DNA of 64,000 nt from Massalongia carnosa (GCA_965645245.1 OZ287082.1:434001-498000), one strand, 5' to 3'; positions 1-12,566 are shown, counted from the stretch's first letter. A program made the numbers and translations. The notes: generated by a model from the letters alone, not told the origin.

Positions 1-3
1 TCC

Positions 4-1541
4 TTAGACATCGCTGTGAATTAAGTCCAGCGGGTGCTTGCCTGGTTGGATGGGGGCCCGGTGTGGTTCTACTTGGGACTGAGCGATAGCGCACGGAGGA
101 CAGGCGTCTTGGGGCGGGGGCTTGGTGAGGTCCATTCCTTTTGACATTTCAGCGAGCTTGAGAATGTTTTGATTTCCAAGATGGCCTAAACGAGCGTGCC
201 ACATTTTTATCGCCTCGCTATTAATTGCAGCGAGAGCGAGAGCGGCTTCAGAGACGTTCCACATATTCAAGATATACAGATTGTTGTCCTGGCGGCGAGC
301 GATGATACCATAGTTCCCGATTTCAATTCCCTCTGGTACAATCTTCAGGGGACATCCATCTCGTTGTAATTGTCCTTGGGAGATGAGATTTAGGCCTCCG
401 TCCGGAACGTATAACACATCGAAAAGAGGGAACTCCCGAAGACCCTCGTTAACGGCACACCACAACATGACGTTACCTATTCCTTTGGGAATTAATACTC
501 CTCCAATACCTTGAATTGGAGGGCAATCGGATGTCTTGAATAAGGTGAAGATGGAGCGATCGTGGGTAATATGTTGGCTAGTTCCAGAGTCACAGATCCA
601 GAGCTTAGATATTTTGGTTATATCCGCGGTGGCCATGTAGGCGCAGAAGGCTCCTTTGGTTGAGTCATTGTTTCCGGTTGGCTTTTGGCTTTGACCTTGA
701 CTTTTGGAATTCCTACGACGCTTATTAAACTTACGCTGTGAGTCTTGGTTAACGAGGTGTGGATATTTTTCACGACACTCGTTCTCTACGTGATATTCTT
801 TTCGGCAGTGGTTGCAGAACTTGATGGTCTTGGTGATGATTCGAGAATGGGCTGTTCCGGGTTGAGCTCCTGCTTGGGTTTGAGCGTTTGAAACAGCTGC
901 CATTGCGATTACGGCCTTATCGCTGGACTTGCTTGGGTTGGTCACCGTGTTTTGGAAATGCTGCATAGCCTGACTTAACGTGTGCTTGGGTTCACCCATT
1001 TCATTGAAAGGATCATGATCCTGAGCGTATCGTTCGAAATAGCTGTTGTATTCGAAGCCTAAATTGGTATGGAAGCGATAGATAAGCCAGTTTTCGTCCA
1101 GGCTTAGCTTGCTTGAGAAGGTGCGAAGCTTATTGACCGTGGCGCGAAATTGGATAACGTAGTCTGCAGGGCTGCTGCAATTCGATAGGATAAGGTGTCA
1201 TTGAGGAATCCCGAACCGCGAGGCTTATAGTTTGACTCAAGCAGGTCCCAGGCGACGGAAGCAGTAGTATGGTCTTCTATATCGGTGTAGGCATTTCCTT
1301 CACAAGCTAATCGAAGAGCAGTGCAGGCCTTATCTTGGCCCTTTTTCCATTTGTTGAAGCCATCATTGGGAGCGTTTGGGCGTGGTGCAGCTTCGGTGTT
1401 ATCACAATAGATCCAAAGATCTATCATTTTGAGGCAATCTCGCATAGCTCGCTTCCATGCTGGATAACCCTCGTGGTCCACTAGCTTAGGGATCCTATCA
1501 ATAGCGCTATAGGACCCCGATCCAGAGATTTTTTCACTCAT
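4..1541 (-). pseudogene. copia gag-pol polyprotein, frameshifted near 1190
   Basis: ORF 1104..1541 (gag N-terminus) and the frame of ORF 4..999 are parts of one polyprotein in different frames. Confidence 0.85.
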
Positions 1542-2145
1542 GATGGAAAGGGTTTATTGGAAGAGCTTGATAGATTGTCCTTGTTAACGGACTGGCTTGA
1601 ACTGGTGTTTGGTTTTACCGGATTCCGACGGAGTGCTATTATAAGTGCTTGGTGACTTGGTTCTGGCTCTTAGATCGAAAGGATCACAGTCGCTGGGCGG
1701 TTCTAGGTCCGATTTTGATGTGGACTGACCGGGAGTGACTGGAGGCTCAGGGATGATGGTACAAAGCAATCCAATTTTGATTGATCTGAGTTATCCTCTA
1801 AGAGAAAAGCAACGATTTCCGCACTAGCCGCCTGTAATGTATGTTGTGAATCCCGTTCAAGCCTTGTTGCCGGCCTATTATTTGGTTGAGGCTTTGAGAG
1901 TCATTGGATCTCGGCAAGAGTGCCACGTAGGAATGGGGCAGTAATTGATATAATAGATCTAAATGCAGAAGCAGATGCAGGTGCAAAGATAGATTTGAGG
2001 CGTTTAGTTGTGCATTTGGGGTTGATAAATCGAGAGCGTTTTTTGTTGCTCGAAGCCATATCCTGCAGTCTTATAACGGATACGCAGATGCTGACTATGA
2101 ATAGAGTGCAAAATCGATTACAGGGAGATTTGGTTTCATCCCAAT

Positions 2146-2640
2146 GGATGTCACATTCCCGGTTTTTTGTTGGGAACGTAGATCATCCGAGACATCTGGA
2201 TGTCACATTCCCGGTTTTTTGTTGGGAATGTAGATCATCCGAGACATCGAAGTGAATGTCACATTTCCGGTTTTTTATTGGAAATGTAGATCATCCGAGA
2301 CACCTGGATGTCACATTCCCGATTTTTTTGTTGGGACTGTAGATCATCCGAGACATCAAAGTGAAGTGGATGTTACATTCCCGGTTTTTAATTGGGAACG
2401 TACTAACACGGAGTAAAAATGGGGAAAAATTGACGATACATAGATGGGTTATAAAGGGTTGATTTATTTGTAATATAGAAACATATCCTAAAATAGTTTA
2501 GTGTCATAACCTTAGGTTGAATACACTTAATGAATAAATAAAAATAAAAAAATTGGGAACGTAGATCATCCGAGACATCTGGATGTCACATTCCCGGTTT
2601 TTAGTTGGGAATGTAGATCATCCGAGACATCGAAACGAAG
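2146..2640. repeat. six ~52-60 bp hairpin-forming tandem repeats in the copia 5' leader
   Basis: Unit ggatgtcacattcccggttttttgttgggaa(c/t)gtagatcatccgagacatc; fifth unit split by a LINE-tail insertion. Confidence 0.9.
2403..2551 (+). mobile_element. extremely 5'-truncated LINE insertion (3'UTR plus A-rich tail only)
   Basis: Matches the LINE 3'UTR at ~12412-12566; TSD attgggaacgta on both sides. Confidence 0.9.
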
Positions 2641-2874
2641 TGCAAGGAGGTGCCTGTTAAAATATTTGTTAGCGTTTATTTAGTAAGGGCCAAAGAAGAA
2701 GCCGGGCGCCCGATAGTAGTGCTTAGCCATCTCAAACACTGCCGACTATTTCAAATGTGTCGATTTTTGGTAGGAGATTATTCGCGACGGTAATTGTTTG
2801 CGACGGTAAGGAGGCTTGTGTTAGGGTAGGTAAAGTAAGACAAGCAAACACATGTAAAGAGGCGCCCTGCGGCC

Positions 2875-2886
2875 GGGCTCATAACC
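2875..2886 (-). promoter_or_regulatory. primer-binding site GGTTATGAGCCC (half-tRNAiMet type, as in Ty5/copia)
   Basis: Plus strand gggctcataacc, directly internal to the LTR. Confidence 0.85.
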
Positions 2887-3083
2887 TATCAAAAGGTAGT
2901 ATAGTAGATAGAGGATAGAACGCTTGCTTTTGTTCTATATAGTGGGAATAGCTAGATTTATAGACAATGTACGGTATCCTAGTATTAGACTAGCGATACG
3001 TCTAGCCATTAGCGTGCGTCATACTCGTGCGGTAGAAGGCGAGTGCGGCTGAAATGAAGTAGCCTGATTTGTACATTCTAACA
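2887..3083 (-). repeat. copia 5' LTR (~197 bp, TG...TA)
   Basis: Begins TGTTAG on the minus strand exactly where LINE sequence stops (3084) and ends next to the PBS; partner LTR is outside the window. Confidence 0.7.
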
Positions 3084-3500
3084 AAATCAATGGCAAAAAT
3101 GCAAATCAAAAGGAAAATACTACGAGAAATTCGAAATGAAACCTGGCATATCTAGTTTTTATTATTTATCAAGCAACTGTTCCAAATTGATATTTGCTAT
3201 AATTATGCAATTAAAATTCGGACATGGCTATTTTCGATCATATTTACATCGATTGAAAGATTATAATTCCTCAAAATACACAAATCGATGCAATTAACGA
3301 CAAACACCTGAAAACTTGTTATTGAATTGCATTCACTATTTCGATGAAATTCAACTTATGAAACAAACTGTAGATACTACTATCAACTTGAATATGTTGT
3401 TTAATACCAAAATCGGAAATGACATTTTGATTAAATTCATTGTCAATAACAAAATCGCGAATAGAAAATGGATACTAGGACAGCTTGATAACGAAATTGC
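3084..3500 (+). pseudogene. LINE ORF2 C-terminal remnant
   Basis: Homologous to ~11877-12290; contains stop codons. Confidence 0.85.
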
Positions 3501-3502
3501 CA

Positions 3503-5759
3503 TGACACTCATCAGCAATAAGCCAACCCCCAAAACATCGGTACCCTATATTTTGATATACTGAAACTTTCCCAACTTATTCTCCTCATTCTTCTCATTC
3601 ATTTGAGCCTACCAGAAGCTTAAACCCATCAGAATTGGGTACAGGAGAGCTCTTCCACTGCTCCTGCAGAGTTTTCCTCGCGGTCTGTCCGCCCCTTAAC
3701 CAAAAAGCGCGTCCAAAAAATCTACAAAACACAAAAACACCAACAACAACGTCAAAACTCGCTCGATTTTCGATATTTCTTCGGTTTAATTGTCGCATAG
3801 ATCTCATCTATTATCACAAAAATTATCTACAAAATATCATCACTGTCGCGTAACTGTACAACCTGTTCTCGAGACAACAAAACTTCTTGGTTTTCATTTG
3901 AAATTTAAGGTTACCGGTACCGTATACACTATTCCATTTTGGGTTTTTTCGATTTTCGTTGAACTGCCGACCAACAATCTGCTGAAACGAAGGGGAAAAA
4001 CGTCTGAAATAGGGTTAAACCAAAGGCCCTGTTTCAGGCTAACCAGAATAGGAAGTCTCCTCTCTCTCATTGTACTTGATTTTTATTTCTGGATCAAGAA
4101 CATTTTTTAAAAAAAAAATAAAAATTTTTCTGTTCGATCGTAAAATTCTTATTATATTCCATATATCGTAGTGTCAAGGTAAAGAGTTAAATAAGATCTA
4201 TTGCCTAAGCGAGGAACGGTCTATTTTAACTCGACTAGGATTTATTTGACTTGTTATTGTCAAATAAATAGGGTTTGGAAAGCAAGAGTCTTTAGACCAG
4301 TAAATCGGTGTAAAAACTCTCTATTCTGACTATTACGTCCGGGGAACGTCAGAATAAATTATTTGGTGGCGATAAAGGGGATATAGCAAAGGCAACATCG
4401 ATTATTTATAAATCCATGTTTAACGCGGTAATGAACCGCCGGAATATACCAAGGACACCACCCCCAGCCGGTCCCGCCCCCCTATCGACCCCTTACCCGG
4501 CCCCCCCCCGACACTCCCCGGGACCATCTCCGGTGGCGTTGATAGGGAGCTCACCCCGTCTTGAACCTATGGATCAAACTCGCGAATATGCATCAGCCCC
4601 GTCAACACCGACACCAAAGGCAACGAAATTCCCATCGGGTCCATTTTCCACTATCTTGCCGATGCCTTCATTGAACTTAAACATTGGATCAAGCCCACCA
4701 ATCAAACGAAATAAAAGACGCACATTTGACGAACATTCGAGAGATAGCCAAGAAGCGATCAATCGGGCAAATTCAATTGAGCTTCTAAAGTCGGCCAAAA
4801 AGCCATTATTGCAATCATTTGTACTGGACCAAAATCCACAAACGGCTATCGTAATTGACAACGTTAATTCGTTGATTTCGAAAAAATCAATCAATTTACA
4901 AACATCCTTAGATATGATTAACTATAAAATGGGCATAGTACTTGATCAAACTAGTCATCTTTCCTCAAAAACGTCACAACAACAAACGACTCCACTACAG
5001 AATGGTCCAAAAATCCAAAAACCTGTTGTTAAATTGAACGAAAATTCAATTATCGAAAATCAGACCATTCGCAAAGGAGCTACCGGGGTCTCTGGTAACA
5101 ATGTTAGCACAACCGGTACATGGAGTCAAATGCTTGGAAAAGCAACCGAAAACTCCGAAAATTGGACTACTATTCAAAGGAAAAGTTCGAATCATAATTC
5201 GAACAAAGTCGATCGATTTGATGCAATCAAGGCCAGACGACTCGTGATTTCACCGAAAAATCCTGACGCTCAAATCGACTCTATGAAGTTGCGTGATCAA
5301 ATTAACGCGCTATTAAAAAACGCAAATTTAAACATCATCGTCAATACTGTTGAAAAGTCCAAAACCGGTCAGAATATCGTTCTCACCACTAGCCCTGACA
5401 ACAATGCCGAAGAATTGTTGAAAAATAAATCTTCATGGGAACACATTTTCGAATCACAAAGAATTCGAAAAGACGAATCCTGGTTTAAAGTCATAGCACA
5501 CGGAGTAAATATCTCGTTATTCGATAATAACATGCAATATTTGCAAACCGAAATCGAAAAATACAATTCGAATATGCAACTATGCGATTTACCAAGATGG
5601 CTTGCTAGGGATCGTCAAAACAAAGTCACGTCATCGGTAGTTTTGACTTTCAATAATCAAAATCAAGCGTCAAACGCGTTAAGAGGCCTGAATATCGCGG
5701 GTAGACATTGTGACACGGAAATATTTGATTCCGTTCGTCCAAACACGCAATGTATTAAC
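3503..5759 (+). mobile_element. LINE copy A (divergent subfamily): 5'UTR plus ORF1 (from 4416) truncated by copy B
   Basis: ORF1 similar to 6653..8311; breaks at SVRPNTQCIN, just before the zinc knuckles. Confidence 0.88.
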
Positions 5760-6652
5760 ACCAAAGACCACCTATCGAAACACAAGTACCGCAACTTTTG
5801 ATGCTCTAAAACTTTCACAGTCAATTGAACATCTCTTTCTCAGTCATTTGAGCTCCTCCAGAGCAAAAACGGACTCAGATTGAGTGTAGGAGAGCTCTAG
5901 CAAAGCTCCAGCAGAGATTTTCTGCTGGTCGCACGCGACCGACGTGATAAAGCGCGCTCTAGAAGTTGGAAAAAACAACAAATACCAACAACCTCACCAA
6001 AAATCGCTCTTTTTTCTTGTTTTCTTCTGTTCTGTTGTCGCATGACCTTCAATTATCACTATAAAAATTATCTACAAAAATTATCTACTCTCGCGGGACT
6101 GTACAACAACTGTCGCGACGTCAGAGTCTTCTAAAGTTCATTCCTCATTTAAGGTTACGGGAACTTCCGCAAGCACAAATTTTCATAGCATATTTCACGT
6201 ATAATTTTTGCACATTCCATTTTCGGCTTTATAGATCTTCGTTGAACGGCCGGTCAACAGATCACTGAAAAGAAGGGGAAAAACGTCTGGAATAGGATTA
6301 TACTAAAGGTCCTGTTTCAGATTAATCAGAATAGGAAGTCTCCTATTGTCTTACATTGCATTAAAATTTATCTTTATTGAAAAAAGCAAAAAAAAAACTT
6401 TCATTATTTTCACCTATTGTAGTGTCTGGTAAAGGGTTAAATAAGACTTACTGCCTTAGCGAGGAACGGTCTATTTTAACCCGATTAGGATTTATTTGAC
6501 GCGTTATAGTCAAATAAATAGGGATAGGAAAGAAAGAGTCATTTGACCAGTAAACAAACAGGTGTAAATTCTATTCTGACTAGTACGTCCGGGGAAAGTC
6601 AGAATAAATTATTTGGTGGCGATAAAAGGGATATTGCAAAGGCAAAAACACT

Positions 6653-8311
6653 ATGCTCAATCGAAGATTTAACCCGATAGGTCATAGACCAAATCGATTG
6701 ATACCAACAACTCCTCCCCCAGGCCCCCCTCTACAACATCTATGGGTCCCCCCGAGTACTCCCCCGTGCCCCCCCCGAACCGACTCCCCCACGCCATCTT
6801 CGGTAGCGATAATTGGGAGCAACCCCCTAACCGTAGAATCCACGGAGGCCATGGACCAAACGCGAGAATTTTCGTCCGCACCGTCCACACCCACCCCGAA
6901 AACGAAACCTTTTGTCGCGCCATCTGGTGAATTCAGTACCAATCTGCCCATGCCATCATTGAATTCTGATATTCGACTGAGTCCACCAATTAAACGCAAC
7001 AAAAGACGAACATTTGACGAACATTCGATTGAGAGTCAAGAAGTCATCAATCGATCAAAATCGATTCAACTATTGAATACGGCAAAAAATGCATTATTAG
7101 AGTCATTCGTAATAGATCAAAACCCCGAAACGGCTATGGTCATCGATCACGTAAATTCTCTACTGGCAAAGAAATCGATCAAGCCAAAAGCAACGTTAGA
7201 AATGATTGATTGGAAATTGAATAGGGTGCTAGAACAAACTAGCCAAATTCCAGAAACAAAGAGACAATCGGTGCATCCTATACAGACAAAATCGAAGGGA
7301 AATTCAAATGGAAATTCGAATTTGACTCAAAACGTCAACCCAGAAATTCGGAGCGAAACCGCCGGAGTCCCAGGGCCGCAGGTCAACGATACAGCTAGAA
7401 CATGGAGCCAAATGCTCGGAAAAGCGACTGTCAATTCCGAAAATTGGACTACCGTTCCTCGATCCAAAAAAACAAACAAGAACAACAACAATAATTCGAA
7501 TGCGAACAAATTCGATAATACTGACGATTTCAAGGCGATCAAATCTCGACGATTGATAATCACACCGAAAGCTCAAATCGGCGATATCGATTCACTGTTG
7601 CTTCGAAACCAAATCAATTCGCTTTTTAAAGACGCGAAATTGACTATCGTTGTTAACACGGTCGAAAAGTCCAAAACGGGTCAAAACATCGTTCTGACTA
7701 CTAGTCCTGATAACACTGCTGAAGATTTATTGAACAATAAATCAATATGGGAGCATTTATTCGACCCACGAACAGTTCGAAAGGACGAATCGTGGTTCAA
7801 AGTCGTCGCACACGGTGTAAATATTGCAACATTTGATGAAAACATGCAATATTTGCAAGACGAAATTCAAAAGTTCAATTCGAACATGCAATTATGCGAT
7901 GTTCCCAGATGGCTAGCACGTGATCGTCATAACAAGATCAAATCATCCGTTGTTTTGACATTCAATGATCAGAATATGGCCTTGAACGCGTTAAAAGGAG
8001 TCAATATCGCGGGCCGACATTGTGACACGGAAATATTTACCTCCGTTCGTCCAAACACACAATGCATTAATTGTCAAAAATTTGGACACAAGAATTATCA
8101 ATGCAAAAGTCAAGCGAAATGCAGCATATGTGCGCAAAACCATGAAACACGCAATCATGAATGCACAACATGCAAGTCAAAAATTGCTTGTGCACACGCC
8201 GTCGTCAAATGCGCGAATTGCAACAAGAATCATCAATCCAATGATGAAAATTGTGAAATGGTTATATCGTTAAATGTTCGAAAATCGACTGACGAATTAG
8301 CCGCTTTGTAA
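6653..8311 (+). CDS. LINE ORF1 (gag-like nucleic-acid-binding protein with C-terminal Cys/His knuckles)
   Basis: 552 aa open frame; CINCQKFGHKNYQC, CSICAQNHETRNHEC, CANCNKNHQSNDENC. Confidence 0.92.
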   Translation: MLNRRFNPIGHRPNRLIPTTPPPGPPLQHLWVPPSTPPCPPRTDSPTPSSVAIIGSNPLTVESTEAMDQTREFSSAPSTPTPKTKPFVAPSGEFSTNLPMPSLNSDIRLSPPIKRNKRRTFDEHSIESQEVINRSKSIQLLNTAKNALLESFVIDQNPETAMVIDHVNSLLAKKSIKPKATLEMIDWKLNRVLEQTSQIPETKRQSVHPIQTKSKGNSNGNSNLTQNVNPEIRSETAGVPGPQVNDTARTWSQMLGKATVNSENWTTVPRSKKTNKNNNNNSNANKFDNTDDFKAIKSRRLIITPKAQIGDIDSLLLRNQINSLFKDAKLTIVVNTVEKSKTGQNIVLTTSPDNTAEDLLNNKSIWEHLFDPRTVRKDESWFKVVAHGVNIATFDENMQYLQDEIQKFNSNMQLCDVPRWLARDRHNKIKSSVVLTFNDQNMALNALKGVNIAGRHCDTEIFTSVRPNTQCINCQKFGHKNYQCKSQAKCSICAQNHETRNHECTTCKSKIACAHAVVKCANCNKNHQSNDENCEMVISLNVRKSTDELAAL

Positions 8312-11300
8312 TGGCAGGACAGCATTCGTTGACAAACATCGAAAATACACAAAATGTTAAATTTATTCAACATAATTGTGCAAAGTCAACGAATGCAATG
8401 ATATCGTGTTTGGAATATGCTTTATCAAATCAAATTGATATTGTTTTGTTTCAGGAACCATGGACACGAGATCAAAAAACAATATCACATCCGTTCATTT
8501 ACATGTATTATGCCAAAAATAGCGACTTATCGCTCGAGAGTAGCTATATTTGTCACAAATGGCAATTCCAAACTGCAATGCACGCCTAGAACGGATCTTA
8601 TTGACGATTCCGATATGCAAATTATTGAAATTACAATTGATGAAGTTCGAAAAGTGCAGATTTTCAATATTTATAACGAAAAAAGTCAAAGTGATCGAGA
8701 AACATACACGATCGATCGACTTTTAATCCAATTATAACCAAAATCAACTGATCAATTCGTCATCTGTGGAGATTTCAATGCACATTATAACTGGTGGAAT
8801 TCGAAAATTCAACAAGCAATTCGATCAGAAAATCTTGTCAAATGGTTGAAATTAAACAGGTGTAGCTTGATAAACACACCTGACTTATGTACATACTACG
8901 CCCATTCTGGAAGTTCTTCATCTGTTATTGATTTAACTTTTGCAAATTCTAAAATCGAAAATGCAATTACAAATTGGTCAATCGATGAAAACGCAGTCAC
9001 AGGTTCAGATCATGAAGTCATCCGATTTGAACTAATCGCATCTTTCAAAAACTTGACGTCACATGCAACCGCATTATCGAATAAATACAATTGCAATAAA
9101 GCTGATTGGAATAAATTCGCGAAGTATCTAGACGAAAATTCAACCATCTACGAATCACAAGTTCAAAGTTTATTGAATAATCATCAATTCGACGAATCAG
9201 CGATATATTTGCAAAACGTTATCAAAAACGCGGCTGAAATGTTTATTCCGAAAACGAAAATTTGTGCAAAATCGAAAAATTGGTGGTCGCATGATTTAAC
9301 TGAACTTCGAAAAACCATGTGCAGACATCGTCGAGAATGGAAGAATTATCCGTCCGATTTTAGTCATCGGACGTTTAAACATAGTCGAATCGAGTATTTT
9401 CATGCAATTCGAAAAGCAAAACAACAAACCTGGTTGACTTTTCTAGAAAATGCAGCGAATAAAGACGTGTTTACCGCGTATAAATATACTAAACCGCGCA
9501 TATTCGAAAAAATACCGCCGATTCTACATGAAAACAAGCTAAATGTTCAGTTTAATGACAAATGCGATGCATTTGTGTCAGCAATGTATACAAAAAACCC
9601 ATTTATTGACGATAATGAGGAAGATTTATCAAATCAAGACAGCGTAAATGATGATAATTGGCCAGATTTGACCGAAAACGAGTTGAAAAATGCGATTAGT
9701 TTATTTAATCCGAAGAAAGCATGTGGACCTGATGCAATCAATTTTACAATTGTTCAAAAATCGTTTCAATCGTTGAAAAACGTGTTTTTCATGATTTATT
9801 CGAAATTCATTCGAATCGGTTATCACCCGTTATGCTGGCGGACAGGACTCGGTGCAGTTCTGAAAAAACCTAATAAATCGGACTATTCGTTTCCAAAATC
9901 ATATCGAATTATCACATTATTAAATTGTCTTGGTAAAATTGCTGAGAAAATCGTTGCAAATCGACTAGCCTACTTCGGCGAAAATTCGAATTTACTCGAT
10001 ATCGAACAGATGGGCGGACGCAAAAATCATTCTGCAATTGACGCAGTAATGAACGTTGTTCATGATATTGAAATTGCAAATAGAAATAAAAACGTCTTAT
10101 CATGTTTATTACTCGATGTCAAAGGCGCATTTGACTTTGTCTCGATTAATCAACTGCTAAATGTTATGAAAAAGCTGAAATTATCTCGCATAATAATTCA
10201 ATGGGTCAAGCATTTCATGACAAAGCGATCGATCAATTTGATATTTGATGAAAATTTAAGCAAAACATATTATGTCGAATCAGGAATTCCACAAGGCTCA
10301 CCAATCTCGCCTATTCTATTTCTGATTTACATTCGTCACTTGTTTCCGAAAATACGAATGAAATTCAATGCACATTCTCCCAGTTTTATTGACGATGTTG
10401 CAATATATGTCGAAAATAAAACTGCAAAACAGAATTGCAAAGAAATCGAAATCATAGTCAAAACGGCCTTTGATTGGGCCGCATCGAATAATGTCAAATT
10501 TGATGACGATAAATCCGAGCTGATTCACTTCGAAAAGACAAGAAATGTATCGAAAGACACATTGGAATTACCAAACGGGACAGTACTAGAACCAAAAAAT
10601 GTAGTCAAATGGTTGGGCGTCTGGTTAGACCGAAAACTAAATTTCAAAAAACACGTCGAAACGCGGATCTCTTCTGCGAATCGATCGTTTTTTGCAATTC
10701 AGAATTTGATGAAATCCGAATGGGGTCTGAAACCGACCGCATGCAGACAGCTCTATATGTCATGCATTATTCCTATTTCGGACTACGGCTCAGAAATTTG
10801 GTATAATGGTCAAAAGAAATATGAAAAACTATTTCAGAACCTACAAAATCAAATGATTCGAAAGATTTTAGGAACTTTCAAAACCACACCTATTCAGGCG
10901 ATGGAAATTGAATCACATGTTTTACCAGTTAAACTTCGATTATTAATGAAAAATCAAAAATACGCAATTCGATTATTGAAGATTGCCGAAAATAACCCTA
11001 TTTGTCAAAGAATTCCAAACACATATTCGATAAAATTCGAAAATATCGGTTTTGACACAAGTTTATGGAACAACAAATATGCCGAATGGAACGAAGACGA
11101 AAAACAAACAAATAAACGACATCCTAGTCAGCTTATTCGCGTTCTTCATTCCGTTTCCGATATAGTTCACAAAACGGATGAATTTGAACAATCAAATCAT
11201 TTTATTAAACCTTGGAAATCGCCTTGCAAAATCAAATTTCAAATCGAAAATACAAAGGAATCTGCTAAATCAAGTTATTATTCGACCTTATCCAAAATTA

Positions 11301-12325
11301 AATCAATGAACTCCGATAAATCCCGAGTTTTACTTTATACAGATGGATCGAAAATCGAATTTGCAACGTCTGCAGTCACATTTGCGCCAATTATGAGGAA
11401 TTGGAGTAGTATTATCAATAATTTTGATCGATTTATCGAAAAAGATTGTCTGATCAAGTATCATACGATTTCGAAAAGCTGGAAATTAAGCAAACAGTCA
11501 AGCATTAAAAATGCTGAACTGCATGCAATTTTACAAGCAATGAAATGGGTCTATAAATTGTCTAATACTAATATTTTATCGAACTTGGAAAAAACGATTT
11601 GGATTTTTTCTGATAGTATAAACGCGATAAACGAAATTCAGAACTTGAAAAATCATATTTTCGCAAGACAAATTCGAAAGCTCGCAAAACGCTTATTTGA
11701 AAGCAATTATCAGGTGATTTTGCAATGGGTTCCGAGTCATTCGAATATTACCGAAAACGAAATTGCAGACAAAATAGCAAAGACGGGCCATAATCAAATC
11801 CTAGTCGAGTCCTCGGCTATAACATTTGATTATGTAAAAGATCAAATAAATCAAAATATGCTAACCACATGGACGAATCAATGGCAACAATGCAAATCAA
11901 AAGGCAAATACTACGAGAAATTCGAAATGAAACCTGGCATATCGAGATTTTATTATTTATCAAACAACTGTTCCAAATTGATATTTGCTACTATTATGCA
12001 ATTAAAATTCGGACACGGCTATTTTCGATCATATTTACATCGATTGAAAGATTATAATTCGTCAAAATGCTCAAATCGATGCAATCAACGACAAACGCCA
12101 GAACACTTGTTATTGAATTGCATTCACTATTTCGATGAAATTCAAAACATGAAACAAACCATCGATACTACGATCAACTTGAATATGTTGTTTAATACAA
12201 AAATCGGAAATGACATTTTGATTAAATTCATTGTCAATAACAAAATCGCGACTAGAAAATGGATACTAGGTCAGCTTGATGACGAGATTTTCGAAACTGG
12301 AGGTTGGGGAGAGATCGAACAGTAA
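8311..12325 (+). pseudogene. LINE ORF2 (APE endonuclease - RT - RNase H - C-terminal Cys/His), disrupted in the APE domain
   Basis: QHN..QEP..GDFNAH..SDH; GIPQGSPISP and SFIDD; YTDGS..AEL..FSDS..WVPSH..NEIAD. One-nucleotide insertion near 8494 relative to copy D and TAA at 8735. Confidence 0.93.
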
Positions 12326-12566
12326 AATCAGAAACGATTTATGCTGAAACATTCACGAACTTACAAAGAAAAATTTTAAAATCGATATTCTTCGATTACT
12401 ATAGGTTGTTACTAACACGGAGTAAAAATGGGGAAAAATTGACAATACATAGATGGGTTATAAAGGGTTGATTTATTTGTAATATAGAAACATATCCTAA
12501 AATAGTTTAGTGTCATAACCTTAGGTTGAATACACTTAATGAATAAATAAAAAAAATAAAAAAAAA

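Larger units (their letters stand above)
1..3083 (-). mobile_element. Ty1/copia LTR retrotransposon, 5' part (continues off the left edge)
   Basis: Domain order gag - CCHC knuckle (CNHCRKEYHVENEC) - protease (WICDSGTSQH) - pre-integrase (WHARLGHLG..CPPC) - integrase start (HSDV); LTR and PBS upstream. Confidence 0.93.
5760..12566 (+). mobile_element. near full-length non-LTR retrotransposon copy B (Tad1-like LINE with RNase H)
   Basis: ~890-nt 5'UTR, ORF1, ORF2 APE-RT-RNase H-Cys/His, 3' stem-loop and A-rich tail. Confidence 0.95.

Noticed and set aside
2146..2640. CRISPR-like array, or hammerhead repeats (CGGATGA on the minus strand)
   Set aside because: No unique spacers or cas genes, eukaryotic context, and no CUGANGA/GAAA core.
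5760..5960. HDV-like ribozyme at the LINE 5' end
   Set aside because: Hairpins are present, but I could not fit the P1/P3/L3/J4-2 pattern.
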